61,233 nt of DNA, filler included, from 4 parts of 4 records of this genome joined end to end with filler, not necessarily neighbours in it; one strand, 5' to 3'. Positions 25,420-35,020 are shown, counted from the first letter of the whole stretch. Numbers and translations are program-made. Notes: generated by a model not told the origin, from the sequence alone.

Positions 25420-27066
25420 ATGGAAAAGCAGAAATACGGCTCTAACGAAGAGTTCTGTGCCGAATACAAGACCGAAGTTCCCGAGAATTACAACTTTGCC
25501 TTTGATTGTGTGGATGTCATCGCCGCTGACGATCCCACCCGCTTGGCAATGATCCACATTGGACCGGACGGCACTCGCACTGAAAAAGATTTCGACTTTT
25601 TTTCTAAGAAGTCCGCACGCCTTGCCAATGCACTGAGCAAGGCCGGTGTAGAAAAGGGTGACCGCATCATGATCATCCTTTACCGTCGAATAGATTGGTG
25701 GGTGTCCATGCTGGCCTGTCACAAGATCGGCGCTGTGCCCGTACCTTCACCGAATCTGCTCACCGTGAAGGATATTCAGTTCCGGGTGAATTTCGCCAAG
25801 ATTAAAGGCATCATCGCTGAGGATTCCGTGGCAGACCGTGCTGACGAAGCGCACAAGAATTGCCCTTCCCTCAAGGTCATGGTTCAGGCCGGAGAAGGAG
25901 ATCTGCATGACGGCTGGCTTGATTTCGAAACTATCTGCGACGAGGCTTCAGATTCTTTTTCCCGTCCCTCAGATTGTGCAGGCGGTAATGACTCCCTGCT
26001 CATCTTTTTCTCTTCCGGTACAACTGGACAGCCGAAAATGGTTGAGCATACCCACAACTACCCGCTTGGCCACTATGTGACAGGGGCTTACTGGCATGAC
26101 CTTGAACCCGGTGACGTTCACCTGACCCTCGCCGATACCGGTTGGGGTAAGGCTGTCTGGGGTAAATATTACGGTCAGTGGATGGCTGGTGCTGTCGTCT
26201 TTGTCTGGGATTTCCGTGGTAAATTCGAGCCTTCCGAGCTGTTGCGTGTTCTGGCTGACAACAAGGTCACCAGCTTTTGTGCTCCGCCCACAGTTTACCG
26301 CTTCATGATCCGCGAAGATCTTTCAAAGTACGATCTTTCCGCGCTTAATCACTGCACAACCGCAGGTGAGCTGCTTAACGCTTCGGTGTTCGAAGCATGG
26401 AAAGAAGCCACCGGACTGCCTCTTTATGAAGGGTACGGCCAGACCGAGTCCGTACTTCAGATCGCAACTTTCCCCAACATGAAGCCCAAACCGGGTTCCA
26501 TCGGCAAGCCCTGTCCGGGCTGGGATATCGCACTCATCGATACCGAAGGCAATCTTTGCTCTCCCGGTGAAGAAGGACAGATCTGCGTCAAGCTTGATCC
26601 TCGTCCCGTGGGCCTGTTCACCGGATATCTTGATGAGCCCCAGAAAACCGAGAATGTCATGGTTGATGGTTACTACCAGACCGGTGATAAGGCTTGGATG
26701 GACGAGGACGGATACTACTGGTTCCTCGGTCGTACCGATGACTTGATTAAAAGCTCCGGTTACCGCATCGGACCTTTCGAGGTCGAATCCGCGCTGATCA
26801 CACATGATGCAATTGTGGAAGCAGCCGTAACAGGTGTGCCTTGTGATGTTCGCGGTCAGGCCGTAAAGGCTACTGTGGTTCTCGCGCCGGGATACGAAGC
26901 GGGTGATGAGTTGACCAAGGAGCTCCAGAATCACGTTAAGAAGGTTACCGCGCCTTACAAATATCCGCGCATCATCAATTACGTTAAAGAGTTGCCCAAG
27001 ACCATCAGCGGCAAGATCAAGCGTGCCGAGATCCGTGCTAAGGATGAAGAAGAAGCAAAGGCATAA
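25420..27066 (+). CDS. AMP-binding acyl/acetyl-CoA synthetase (medium-chain type)
   Basis: FSSGTTGQPK, YGQTE, GRTDDLIKSSGYRIGPFEVES, LPKTISGKI. Confidence 0.93.
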   Translation: MEKQKYGSNEEFCAEYKTEVPENYNFAFDCVDVIAADDPTRLAMIHIGPDGTRTEKDFDFFSKKSARLANALSKAGVEKGDRIMIILYRRIDWWVSMLACHKIGAVPVPSPNLLTVKDIQFRVNFAKIKGIIAEDSVADRADEAHKNCPSLKVMVQAGEGDLHDGWLDFETICDEASDSFSRPSDCAGGNDSLLIFFSSGTTGQPKMVEHTHNYPLGHYVTGAYWHDLEPGDVHLTLADTGWGKAVWGKYYGQWMAGAVVFVWDFRGKFEPSELLRVLADNKVTSFCAPPTVYRFMIREDLSKYDLSALNHCTTAGELLNASVFEAWKEATGLPLYEGYGQTESVLQIATFPNMKPKPGSIGKPCPGWDIALIDTEGNLCSPGEEGQICVKLDPRPVGLFTGYLDEPQKTENVMVDGYYQTGDKAWMDEDGYYWFLGRTDDLIKSSGYRIGPFEVESALITHDAIVEAAVTGVPCDVRGQAVKATVVLAPGYEAGDELTKELQNHVKKVTAPYKYPRIINYVKELPKTISGKIKRAEIRAKDEEEAKA

Positions 27067-27072
27067 AGGCAT

Positions 27073-27140
27073 GCCTCCGGCTAAAATCCTTTTGGGAAAA
27101 GGGTTTTAGAATCCCAAAACTTTTTAGTAGGGCTTCGCCG
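27073..27140 (+). repeat. REP-like element (long form)
   Basis: GCCTCCGG-hairpin(CTAAAATCCTTTT/AAAAGGGTTTTAG)-AATCCC...GGCTTCGCCG. Confidence 0.6.
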
Positions 27141-27161
27141 TGTAGCTTATTAAATCTGTCT

Positions 27162-27210
27162 AATAAAAAAGACCGTAATATCTTTCGAGATATTGCGGTC
27201 TTTTTTATTT
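27162..27210. terminator. Intrinsic terminator
   Basis: AAAAAAGACCGTAATATCT-ttcg-AGATATTGCGGTCTTTTTT. Confidence 0.85.
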
Positions 27211-27239
27211 GACCTGTCTATAACTTCATAGTTCATGTT
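27209..27239 (+). promoter_or_regulatory. Possible MerR-type promoter/operator
   Basis: TTGACC-N19-CATGTT with CTAT-N6-ATAG dyad in the spacer, upstream of a MerR gene. Confidence 0.4.
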
Positions 27240-27272
27240 AGGTTCATCGCATAGCTATGCATGGAGTTATAT

Positions 27273-28586
27273 ATGGTTAAAACATCGTCAGGAATGACTG
27301 TGGGACGGCTGGCTAAGAAGTACGCTCTATCCCGCAGTACTCTGCTTTATTATGATTCAATTGGGCTGCTTTCTCCGTCGGCACATATGAAGGGTGAGTA
27401 TCGTTCATATGGCGTCGAAGAGGAAAAGCGGCTGGCTCAGATCTGTCATTATCGCAAGGCCGGGATACCGCTTAAGGAGATCAAGGTGATTCTTGATTCT
27501 CCGGTGAGTGGCATAACTGGAGTGCTGGAGACGCGGCTCAAGGAGCTGAATGAAGAGATAACTTCACTACATGAACAGCGGGAGTTCATTTCCGGGATTC
27601 TAAAGAGTTCCCCGGATGTGAAATCCGCAAAGCTCGATAAAGCTGCATGGGTCGAGGTGCTGCGTTCTTCCGGGTTCAGTGAAAAGGACATGAAAGAATG
27701 GCACAAAGCATTTGAACGCTCCCACCCGGATAAGCATCAGCAGTTTCTGGAATACTTGCAGATACCGGACGATGAAATCCGTTTGATCCGTAAATGGTCT
27801 TCAGGACCGCAAAGGATCATCAAAGTACAACAAATCAGCGAGAAATATATGCAATTGTTTTTGAATTTTTTTGACACTCTGGCAAAGCTCGGCCCCGGTA
27901 GCGTAGAAAGCACCAAGAAAGCCCTGAGCATGGTTCGCGGTCTGCCTGAGAAGGCCCAAGTTCTCAACGTCGGTTGTGGAACCGGGATAGAGACCATCGC
28001 CCTTTGTGAAGGCACCGACATGGAATTTACAGCCCTCGACAATCGTCAGGCTGTTTTGGATGTGCTGAATAAGGAAGCCGCTGATGCGGGCTTTACAGAG
28101 CGCATTGCAACCGTTCTCGGCGATATGAATGCGATGGATTATGAGGCTGAGTCATACGACATGATCTGGTGCGAAGGAGCTATCTTCATCACAGGTTTTG
28201 AGAACGGTGTTTCCAAGTGGAAGAAGTTCATTAAACCAGATGGTTATATTTGCCTGAGTGAACTGGCATGGCTTAGTGACGAACGTCCTGAAGAAGCTGT
28301 GGAATTCTTCCATAATATTTACCCGGAAATGAAATCCGTACGCGGAAACATCGAGATCATGGAAAGGCATGGCTACGAAGTTACCGGATATTTCATCGAG
28401 CCGGAATCCGACTGGTGGGATATTTATTATGCCGAGATGGAGCGCAATCTGCCCGGATATGCCGAAGACAACAAAGATAATTCCGAGATGGGATTACTGG
28501 AAGAAAACCTTCGACGCGAAATGGAAATCATGCGGAAGTATGGGCATGCCGTGGGCTATGCCTTTTACATTGCCCGCAAAAAGTAA
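27273..28586 (+). CDS. MerR-family regulator fused to class I SAM methyltransferase
   Basis: SRSTLLYYDSIGLL..YRSY (MerR HTH); LNVGCGTG, GDM, DMIWCEGA (MTase). Confidence 0.9.
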   Translation: MVKTSSGMTVGRLAKKYALSRSTLLYYDSIGLLSPSAHMKGEYRSYGVEEEKRLAQICHYRKAGIPLKEIKVILDSPVSGITGVLETRLKELNEEITSLHEQREFISGILKSSPDVKSAKLDKAAWVEVLRSSGFSEKDMKEWHKAFERSHPDKHQQFLEYLQIPDDEIRLIRKWSSGPQRIIKVQQISEKYMQLFLNFFDTLAKLGPGSVESTKKALSMVRGLPEKAQVLNVGCGTGIETIALCEGTDMEFTALDNRQAVLDVLNKEAADAGFTERIATVLGDMNAMDYEAESYDMIWCEGAIFITGFENGVSKWKKFIKPDGYICLSELAWLSDERPEEAVEFFHNIYPEMKSVRGNIEIMERHGYEVTGYFIEPESDWWDIYYAEMERNLPGYAEDNKDNSEMGLLEENLRREMEIMRKYGHAVGYAFYIARKK

Positions 28587-28667
28587 ATAGCCAGCAACTA
28601 TCTGCAGATTAATATAAACCGCAACCATGCAGGCCACATGGTTGCAGATCAAGAGCAGGAGAGCATC

Positions 28668-28841
28668 ATGGATAAGGAAAAATGGACTGAAATATTCCGC
28701 GAGGCAGGATTCAACGACAAGGACATGCATAACTGGCACAAGGCTTTTGAAAAGCTTTACCCGGAAAAGCATCAGGCTTTCTTGGAGCACATTCAGGTAG
28801 GGCAGGAAGAAATTAAAAAGATCAGGGAATGGTCGAAATAA
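28668..28841 (+). CDS. Stand-alone paralog of the MerR sensor domain (57 aa)
   Basis: AGGAG RBS; MDKEKWTEIFREAGF...WHKAFE..PEKHQ.FL. Confidence 0.85.
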   Translation: MDKEKWTEIFREAGFNDKDMHNWHKAFEKLYPEKHQAFLEHIQVGQEEIKKIREWSK

Positions 28842-28867
28842 GTTCGGCTGTTGTTTGAATGTTAGTA

Positions 28868-28896
28868 AGCCTCGGTGCGATTGCGCCGGGGCTTTT
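28868..28896 (+). terminator. Intrinsic terminator
   Basis: AGCCTCGGTGC-gatt-GCGCCGGGGCT-TTT. Confidence 0.75.
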
Positions 28897-29015
28897 GTCT
28901 TTGCACGAATAAGGCTTGATGTTTTTTCGGGATAAGGGGAAAAGAAAATATGCAGGCTTCTGCAATGCAGGTTATGGTGTTGTGAATGGCTGTACTTTAA
29001 AATTTGGAGTTAAAA

Positions 29016-29471
29016 ATGAGAATGCTCGGTAACATATTATGGTATTTTCCCTTCTTTGGATTCATCAACGCAATCATGTTCTTTCTGCTCGGTTCGCTGC
29101 TGGTGCTGACCGTAGTGGCCTCACCGCTAGGGCTGGGCTTGATCCAGTACAGTAAATTTCTGTTCGCGCCCTTCAGTTGGTCCATGGTTTCCAAAGAAGA
29201 TCTCAATGTGGAAAGCAATCCCGCATGGGAAGCCTATTCCACAATCATCATGATCCTCTGGATTCCTTTCGGGATCATCTTCGCGCTGATCACCATCACC
29301 CAGATAGTAGGTCTCGCCATATCAATTATCGGAATTCCGGTGGCCTTGGTTCTGGCAAAGTCCCTGCGGACAATCTTCAACCCGGTCAACATGGTCTGTG
29401 TGCCTGCCGTGGTTGCCCATGAGGTGCAGCGGCGTAAGGATGAGGATGCTATCAATAAGCATATCCGTTAG
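29016..29471 (+). CDS. YccF-family inner membrane protein
   Basis: LGNILW...FAPF...ISIIGIPVAL, two-repeat pattern. Confidence 0.85.
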   Translation: MRMLGNILWYFPFFGFINAIMFFLLGSLLVLTVVASPLGLGLIQYSKFLFAPFSWSMVSKEDLNVESNPAWEAYSTIIMILWIPFGIIFALITITQIVGLAISIIGIPVALVLAKSLRTIFNPVNMVCVPAVVAHEVQRRKDEDAINKHIR

Positions 29472-29497
29472 TTGTTGAAGTTTTGTTGGATAATTGG

Positions 29498-29534
29498 AAA
29501 AGCCCCGTACTCGGTTGAGTGCGGGGCTTTTATT
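29498..29534 (+). terminator. Intrinsic terminator
   Basis: AAAAGCCCCGTACTC-ggtt-GAGTGCGGGGCTTTT. Confidence 0.85.
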
Positions 29535-29619
29535 ATGTTGTGATGTTTAATGCTGTGTTGATATTTAATAAAATAGGCGTACAGTCTTTTGCAATGAAAA
29601 TTAATTGGGGTGATGAACT

Positions 29620-30684
29620 ATGCGTAAAATTTTATTTCTGCTCTTATGGGTGTTATTTATTGGTGGGTGCACAGGTAAGGTTGTGCATATCACTCCTAGT
29701 GGAATGGTTGAGGTTACAGTAGTTAGGCCTTTTACTAATCAGGTGTCTAGGATGCTGCAATCAAGGATGGAGGACCGTGGATACGAACTTCTTTCGACTA
29801 AAGGAAACGATCTAGTCTTTCGAAGGCTAACAAAAGAGGGACTTGTTGCTTTCTTTGATGGTGTCGGTGTAACTATGTCCGATGCTAGGATTATTTATCA
29901 TGTTTCTACAAAAGCAAATTCTTTTAATCTGACAGCTTCTTTTGCGCTAGTTAAAAATCCCGGTAGCTATGATGAGTCGATAAAGTATGTCAATGACCAT
30001 GGAGATACTGTTAAATATCAAAAAATGTTGAATGAATTCAAGATTGACGTTGAAGCTATGTCGCAGCCTAAAGTTGCTGTTGTTGCTTCTCCAGATACAA
30101 CGCAGAATGGTTCATCTGGATTAGAAGTTTATGATGCGTATTTTCGCGACGCAGAAAAGAAAAAGAATGAGAGTGCCCATGAGAAAAGGAAGAAACTGTA
30201 TGAAGCAGTTAAGGAATTGCCTGCTTCTGATTATGAAGGAAATTTAAAGGGGTATAGTGAGCTTTTGTCTTTGTATCCTGATGAACCATTGTATCAACGC
30301 AAGGCCAGGCATTACTTGCAAAAAATAGCAGATAGAGATTCTCGTAAAGTTAGAAAAAGATCTTCAACGGGAACAAAGGCAAGGACGTATCGTCAGCCTA
30401 AGGAAGTTTATGTATATGTCTCAGGCACAGAGGACGTTGTTTACAATTCGCCGTGGGATGGTTCTGTGCGGCAAGCTGAAAGGTATTTAAAAAGACATTT
30501 GAAGGATCCGGATTCATTCGAGGCAATTGATTGGGGTAAGGTCCAGAAGACAACAACTGCACCTTATAAATTCAAAACATGGTGTAAGTATCGATCTAGA
30601 AATTCATTTGGTGGCTATGTGATAGAAAAGGTTCTATTTGTTATGGATAGTTCTGGTGAAATCATTGGGGCTATAAGAATTTAA
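29620..30684 (+). CDS. AT-rich lipoprotein of unknown function
   Basis: Lipobox IGGC; C-terminal LKDPDS...YRSRNSFGGY domain. Confidence 0.8.
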   Translation: MRKILFLLLWVLFIGGCTGKVVHITPSGMVEVTVVRPFTNQVSRMLQSRMEDRGYELLSTKGNDLVFRRLTKEGLVAFFDGVGVTMSDARIIYHVSTKANSFNLTASFALVKNPGSYDESIKYVNDHGDTVKYQKMLNEFKIDVEAMSQPKVAVVASPDTTQNGSSGLEVYDAYFRDAEKKKNESAHEKRKKLYEAVKELPASDYEGNLKGYSELLSLYPDEPLYQRKARHYLQKIADRDSRKVRKRSSTGTKARTYRQPKEVYVYVSGTEDVVYNSPWDGSVRQAERYLKRHLKDPDSFEAIDWGKVQKTTTAPYKFKTWCKYRSRNSFGGYVIEKVLFVMDSSGEIIGAIRI

Positions 30685-30691
30685 TCAACAG

Positions 30692-30729
30692 AAAAAAAGC
30701 CGGGCCTCCTCACGGAGACCCGGCTTTTA
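30692..30729. terminator. Bidirectional terminator
   Basis: AAAAGCCGGG..CTCC/GGAG..CCCGGCTTTT. Confidence 0.8.
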
Positions 30730-30760
30730 TCATAACATCTTCAACTATCCACAACCGAAC

Positions 30761-31696
30761 CTATTCAGCCTTCTCCTCATTGGATTCAGGCTTAGCTTCT
30801 TCAGCAGCTTCGGTAGCTTCAGGAACATCTTTCTTGGCGTGAATCATGTCTTTTCTATCTACATGATATTTATCCGCTGCGGGCTTGCCGCGATTTTCAC
30901 GCTTTTTCTTGGGCGGTTCTACGCTCATTTCGCAGCCAGCCATGTTGCGGGCGAAGACGAGGAAGCCGGTGTGGCCGACCATGCGGTCTTCGGGACGCAG
31001 ACGTTCTGCAACGGGCTTGTAGTTACGTACGAAAATTTCGCAGACTTCCTGCTCTTCAAAAGGCATGTCTTCCATGGCTTTGAGGAGGTCGCTGACCTGA
31101 TTGGTGGTCGGCAGCAGGAAACCGCACATTGCGCCGGGGATAACTGCTTTGGGAATGTGGTGCAGGTAATCCCATGGATTGGGTACGTCGAGGAAGAGTG
31201 CATCGCAATCGCTGGCGAGGAAGCCGTCTTCGATGTTCAGGTTGAACTGCTCAACGCGGTTTTCAAGTCCTGCCCATTCAAGATTCTTACGGACCAGCTT
31301 GTAAAATTCGGGGCGTTTTTCGTGGGTGTATACCTTGCCGGTATCACCTACGTAGTAGGCCAGTGCAGTGGTCAGGCCGCCGGAACCGGAGCCGGACTCA
31401 ACCACTCTTGTGCCGGGACCGATGCCCAGCTTGAGCAACAGATAGCTGATCTCTTTGGGGTACATGATCTGGGTCTGGCGTTTAAGACCCTTGATGATAT
31501 CGTGTATGGTGGGTTTCAGAATCTGGTATTTGTGGCCTAGGTGGGTTTCCACAACCTTTCCGAATCCGCCGGCGAGGATGTTGTCGGTCAACATCATGCC
31601 GTCATGTGTGTGTATTTCTTCCCCGGGATTGATCATGCGCAGGTAGCGCTTGCCTTTGGGGTTGATAAGCAAAATTAATTGTCCAGCTTCAAGCAT
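30761..31696 (-). CDS. trmI: tRNA (adenine-N1)-methyltransferase (TrmI/GCD14)
   Basis: RQTQIMYPKE, VVESGSGSGGLT, FLDVPNPW, RPEDRMVGHTGFL. Confidence 0.92.
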   Translation of the reverse strand: MLEAGQLILLINPKGKRYLRMINPGEEIHTHDGMMLTDNILAGGFGKVVETHLGHKYQILKPTIHDIIKGLKRQTQIMYPKEISYLLLKLGIGPGTRVVESGSGSGGLTTALAYYVGDTGKVYTHEKRPEFYKLVRKNLEWAGLENRVEQFNLNIEDGFLASDCDALFLDVPNPWDYLHHIPKAVIPGAMCGFLLPTTNQVSDLLKAMEDMPFEEQEVCEIFVRNYKPVAERLRPEDRMVGHTGFLVFARNMAGCEMSVEPPKKKRENRGKPAADKYHVDRKDMIHAKKDVPEATEAAEEAKPESNEEKAE

Positions 31697-31945
31697 TAGA
31701 CTTCCTCCTGAATTGATCTATCGCCCGATTACGGATGAAACCGCATAAAGTCAAGGTCACAGATAAAGCACCATCTGCGTCACATATATATAACTTGAGT
31801 TTTTTGACATTTAAGAATAAGTGCTTAACTACCGCATTGAATGAAATTTATCTTCGCGCAGTTATTTTTACACATCTCCCGCAAAAATCACAGTTGGAAA
31901 TACGGCAGGACGCTTTTCGTCCATGTCCGGATTTAAACTATTGGT

Positions 31946-31982
31946 GATTCCAAAGGGTCGCGGACCTTTTGGTTGCCGGAGG
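31946..31982 (-). repeat. REP-like element
   Basis: Minus strand CCTCCGGC-hairpin(CCAAAAGGTC/GACCCTTTGG)-AATC. Confidence 0.6.
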
Positions 31983-32051
31983 AGAAATCAAATCATAAAA
32001 CGCGAAGCGCATCAAAATTAATTGATTTTTTTGCTTCTTGATGAGGCCGTT

Positions 32052-33038
32052 ATGGGTTATAGATATGTCTTCGGGCCGGTTTTTTCCGGCAGGATAGGGC
32101 GTTCACTGGGGTTGGACCTGCTTGGACGCAGAGTTTGTTCCATGGATTGCGTGTATTGCGAAGTGGGCAAGACTGATCTGCTCACCGGTGAACGTGATGT
32201 TTATGTACCCGCGGCTGAGATTCTTAGTGAATTAGAAAACTGGAAGCAGGAGGGGCATCAGCCGCCCGAGGTTATTACCCTTGGGGGACTCGGGGAACCG
32301 ACCCTCAACTCTGAAATGCTCGAAGTGATTCGTGGCATAAAAAAACTTTTCCCGTCTATGCCCGTGGCCGTGCTGACAAACGCGACCGCCATGACGGACC
32401 CCGAAGTGAGAAGTGAATTATTGGAAGCCGATGTGGTGCTTCCTTCCATGGATTCTCTTGTTGCTTCGGAATTCAGGGCCATAAACAGGCCGTGCAAAGG
32501 GACTGACCCTACGGCAATTGCCAAAGCCCTGATCGAATTCCGTAAGGAGTTCAATGGTAAGATTTTTCTGGAAGTGCTCCTTTCACGGGGATACAACGAT
32601 TCGGATGAAAATCTCTCTTTAATGAAAGATTTTTGTGCCGAACTTGCCCCGGACCGCATTGATGTGGTCACACTTTCGCGTCCCGGTACTCTAGAGAAGG
32701 CCGGTCCGGTTGATTCCGAGACCCTAGGCCGCTGGAAAAAGGTTCTTGATGCCGCGCCCTGTAAAGACAGGGATTGCGGACCGGATACCGGCGCAAAGAA
32801 AAGGAGCGGTGATGAGACCATTGCCCATGTGCAGGGCGAAGGCTCCCACGCATTTGACCGGATTCAGGCTTCTATCATGCGCAGGCCGCAGACAGCGCAA
32901 CAGCTCGCCGGAGCACTTGATATCCCCTTAGATAGGGTGGAACAGGTTCTGGCTGAACTGGAAAAAAGCGGCATACTGCACGTCAGGCAGACAGGAAATG
33001 ACATTTATTACGATTGCAGGCTTGACGGAGAATCATGA
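32052..33038 (+). CDS. Radical SAM protein with C-terminal winged HTH
   Basis: YVFGPV.S.R.GRSLG.D, CSMDCVYC, GLGEPTL. Confidence 0.9.
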   Translation: MGYRYVFGPVFSGRIGRSLGLDLLGRRVCSMDCVYCEVGKTDLLTGERDVYVPAAEILSELENWKQEGHQPPEVITLGGLGEPTLNSEMLEVIRGIKKLFPSMPVAVLTNATAMTDPEVRSELLEADVVLPSMDSLVASEFRAINRPCKGTDPTAIAKALIEFRKEFNGKIFLEVLLSRGYNDSDENLSLMKDFCAELAPDRIDVVTLSRPGTLEKAGPVDSETLGRWKKVLDAAPCKDRDCGPDTGAKKRSGDETIAHVQGEGSHAFDRIQASIMRRPQTAQQLAGALDIPLDRVEQVLAELEKSGILHVRQTGNDIYYDCRLDGES

Positions 33039-33089
33039 ATTTAGCTGCTGAATCCGGGGAAAATTTAAAACTTTTCTTTGGATTAGAAC

Positions 33090-34562
33090 ATGACAGGTAA
33101 AAAAATTAAGAAAAAAGAGAAAATGTTTATTAGCGTTCTCCCCGGTGAACAGGTGGAAGTAGCGCTGACTCAGGAAGGTCAGGTCATTGAGTATTATGTT
33201 GAAATGCTCCATCAGGCCAAGACCAAAGGTAACATCTACAAAGGTTACATTCATAACATTGATGCCGCTTTGCAGGCGGCTTTCATCAATTATGGAGCCG
33301 AACGTAACGGCTTTCTGCAGGTTGATGAGGTGCATCCCGAATATTATCAGGGTGCCTACAAGCTCAAGAAAGGGCATCGCTATCCCCTGCTCCAGAAGGT
33401 TTTGAAACCCGGACAGGAAATTTTCGTACAGGTGGTTAAAGAACCTACCGGTAAGAAGGGCGCATTCCTTTCTTCCTATCTTTCCATTCCGGGCCGCTAT
33501 TTTGTTCTTACCCCCGGACGTGAGCAGATCGGTATTTCCCGCAAGATTGAAGACGAAAAAGAACGTGAAAGACTCAAGGAACTCATTGATGAGGTAAATC
33601 CCGGAGCCGGGGTTGGCGTTATCGTACGTACCGCCAGCAAGGGGCAGAGCAAATCAGCCCTGCGCCGTGATTTCAAGTTCTTGACCCGTCTTTGGAATGA
33701 TATCCGCGAAAAAGGACAGGACGCCAAGCCTCCGTCTCTCGTTTACGAGGAAATGGGACTGGCTGCCCGTGCCGTACGCGATTACTTGTCTTCCGATGTA
33801 GTGGAAATCTGGGTTGATGATCAGGAGACCCTTGAGCAGGTCAAGAAGCTGGCTACTCTTTCTTTTCCTCGTCGTTCCAATCTGGTTAAGCTCCATTCCG
33901 ATACCGATAAATCCCTCTGGGAACGGTTCAATCTGGTCAAGCAGATCGAGCAGATTTATGGGCGTGAAGTCAACCTGCCTTCAGGCGGACGTCTTGTTTT
34001 CGATCAGACCGAGGCCCTGACCGCAATCGATATCAACTCCGGTAAGATCGGCGGCGAACGCAATTTCAAGGAAATGGCTCTCAAGACCAACAAGGAAAGT
34101 GCTGAAATGATCGCCCGCCAGCTTAAGCTGCGCGACCTTGGCGGTCAGGTGGTTATCGACTTCATTGAGATGAAGGACCCCAAGCATTGCCGCGAGGTGG
34201 AAAAGACCATGCGTGCCGCGCTCAAGGGTGACCGTGCGCGGACCGATGTGGGCCGTATTTCCCGTTTCGGACTCATGGAGCTGGTTCGCCAGCGTTTGGG
34301 ATCGTCCGCCATTGCGGTTTCCACCGAATCCTGTCCTTGCTGTGACGGCACAGGTATCCGTCGTAATATGGAATGGCAGTCCATGCAGGCTCTCAAAGAT
34401 ATTTACCGCATGTTGCGCAAGCCCAACTGTGAATCCCCGCTGGTCTACGAGGCCGAGGAAGAGTTGGCTCTTTATCTGCTCAACCACAAGCGCGATGCAA
34501 TCACTCAGTACGAGAAGATGTTTGATACCAAGATCAACATCGAGATTCAGTGGAATGAATAA
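33090..34562 (+). CDS. Ribonuclease E/G family
   Basis: S1 domain, TEALTAIDINSG, LRDLGGQVVIDFI, CPCCDGTG. Confidence 0.95.
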   Translation: MTGKKIKKKEKMFISVLPGEQVEVALTQEGQVIEYYVEMLHQAKTKGNIYKGYIHNIDAALQAAFINYGAERNGFLQVDEVHPEYYQGAYKLKKGHRYPLLQKVLKPGQEIFVQVVKEPTGKKGAFLSSYLSIPGRYFVLTPGREQIGISRKIEDEKERERLKELIDEVNPGAGVGVIVRTASKGQSKSALRRDFKFLTRLWNDIREKGQDAKPPSLVYEEMGLAARAVRDYLSSDVVEIWVDDQETLEQVKKLATLSFPRRSNLVKLHSDTDKSLWERFNLVKQIEQIYGREVNLPSGGRLVFDQTEALTAIDINSGKIGGERNFKEMALKTNKESAEMIARQLKLRDLGGQVVIDFIEMKDPKHCREVEKTMRAALKGDRARTDVGRISRFGLMELVRQRLGSSAIAVSTESCPCCDGTGIRRNMEWQSMQALKDIYRMLRKPNCESPLVYEAEEELALYLLNHKRDAITQYEKMFDTKINIEIQWNE

Positions 34563-34574
34563 CTAATAAATTAA

Positions 34575-34599
34575 AGGGGAAGTGTTGCAACACTTCCCC
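34575..34599 (+). terminator. Terminator hairpin (cut by contig end)
   Basis: GGGGAAGTGTT-gc-AACACTTCCCC. Confidence 0.7.
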
Positions 34600-34699
34600 N
34601 NNNNNNNNNNNNNNNNNNNNNNNNNNNNNNNNNNNNNNNNNNNTTAATTAATTAANNNNNNNNNNNNNNNNNNNNNNNNNNNNNNNNNNNNNNNNNNNN
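34600..34699. other. Artificial contig spacer
   Basis: Same N/TTAATTAATTAA linker. Confidence 0.98.
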
Positions 34700-34700
34700 A

Positions 34701-34964
34701 GTCGAGGCACAAGTCGAGGCACAAGTCGACCTGGACATCCTTTCAATCTGTGCTGAACATCCACTCTCCTCTTCCGAAATCGCAGCCGCACTGGGGCACA
34801 AAAAATTGAGTGGCAATCTGCGGAAAGCCTTACCCCGCCTCAAAGAAGCCGGATTGCTGGAATACACCATTCCCCATAAACCCAACAGCCGTTTACAGAA
34901 ATACCGCCTGACCCAGAAAGGCATGGCCGTCATTAATGCAAAACGCCCGGGTGAAACGGGATAA
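34701..34964 (+). CDS. 3' end of Fic/AlbA-HATPase-type protein (C-terminal winged HTH), 5' partial
   Basis: Hand translation VEAQVEAQVDLDIL...GLLEYTIPHKPNSRLQKYRLTQKG; 12-bp coding repeat at the contig edge. Confidence 0.8.
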   Translation, partial: VEAQVEAQVDLDILSICAEHPLSSSEIAAALGHKKLSGNLRKALPRLKEAGLLEYTIPHKPNSRLQKYRLTQKGMAVINAKRPGETG

Positions 34965-35020
34965 GGAGTTCACTTTGTCGCTCTTTGAGAGGATAGAAAG
35001 AAAAAGCAGAGAGAGAAGCG

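Noticed and set aside
11788-34699. TTAATTAATTAA repeated three times, and ORFs running into N blocks
   Set aside because: Artificial concatenation linkers; no biological linkage between the four segments should be inferred
34700-34730. 12-bp tandem repeat GTCGAGGCACAA as a CRISPR or iteron array
   Set aside because: No spacers; it is an in-frame VEAQ linker repeat of the partial CDS
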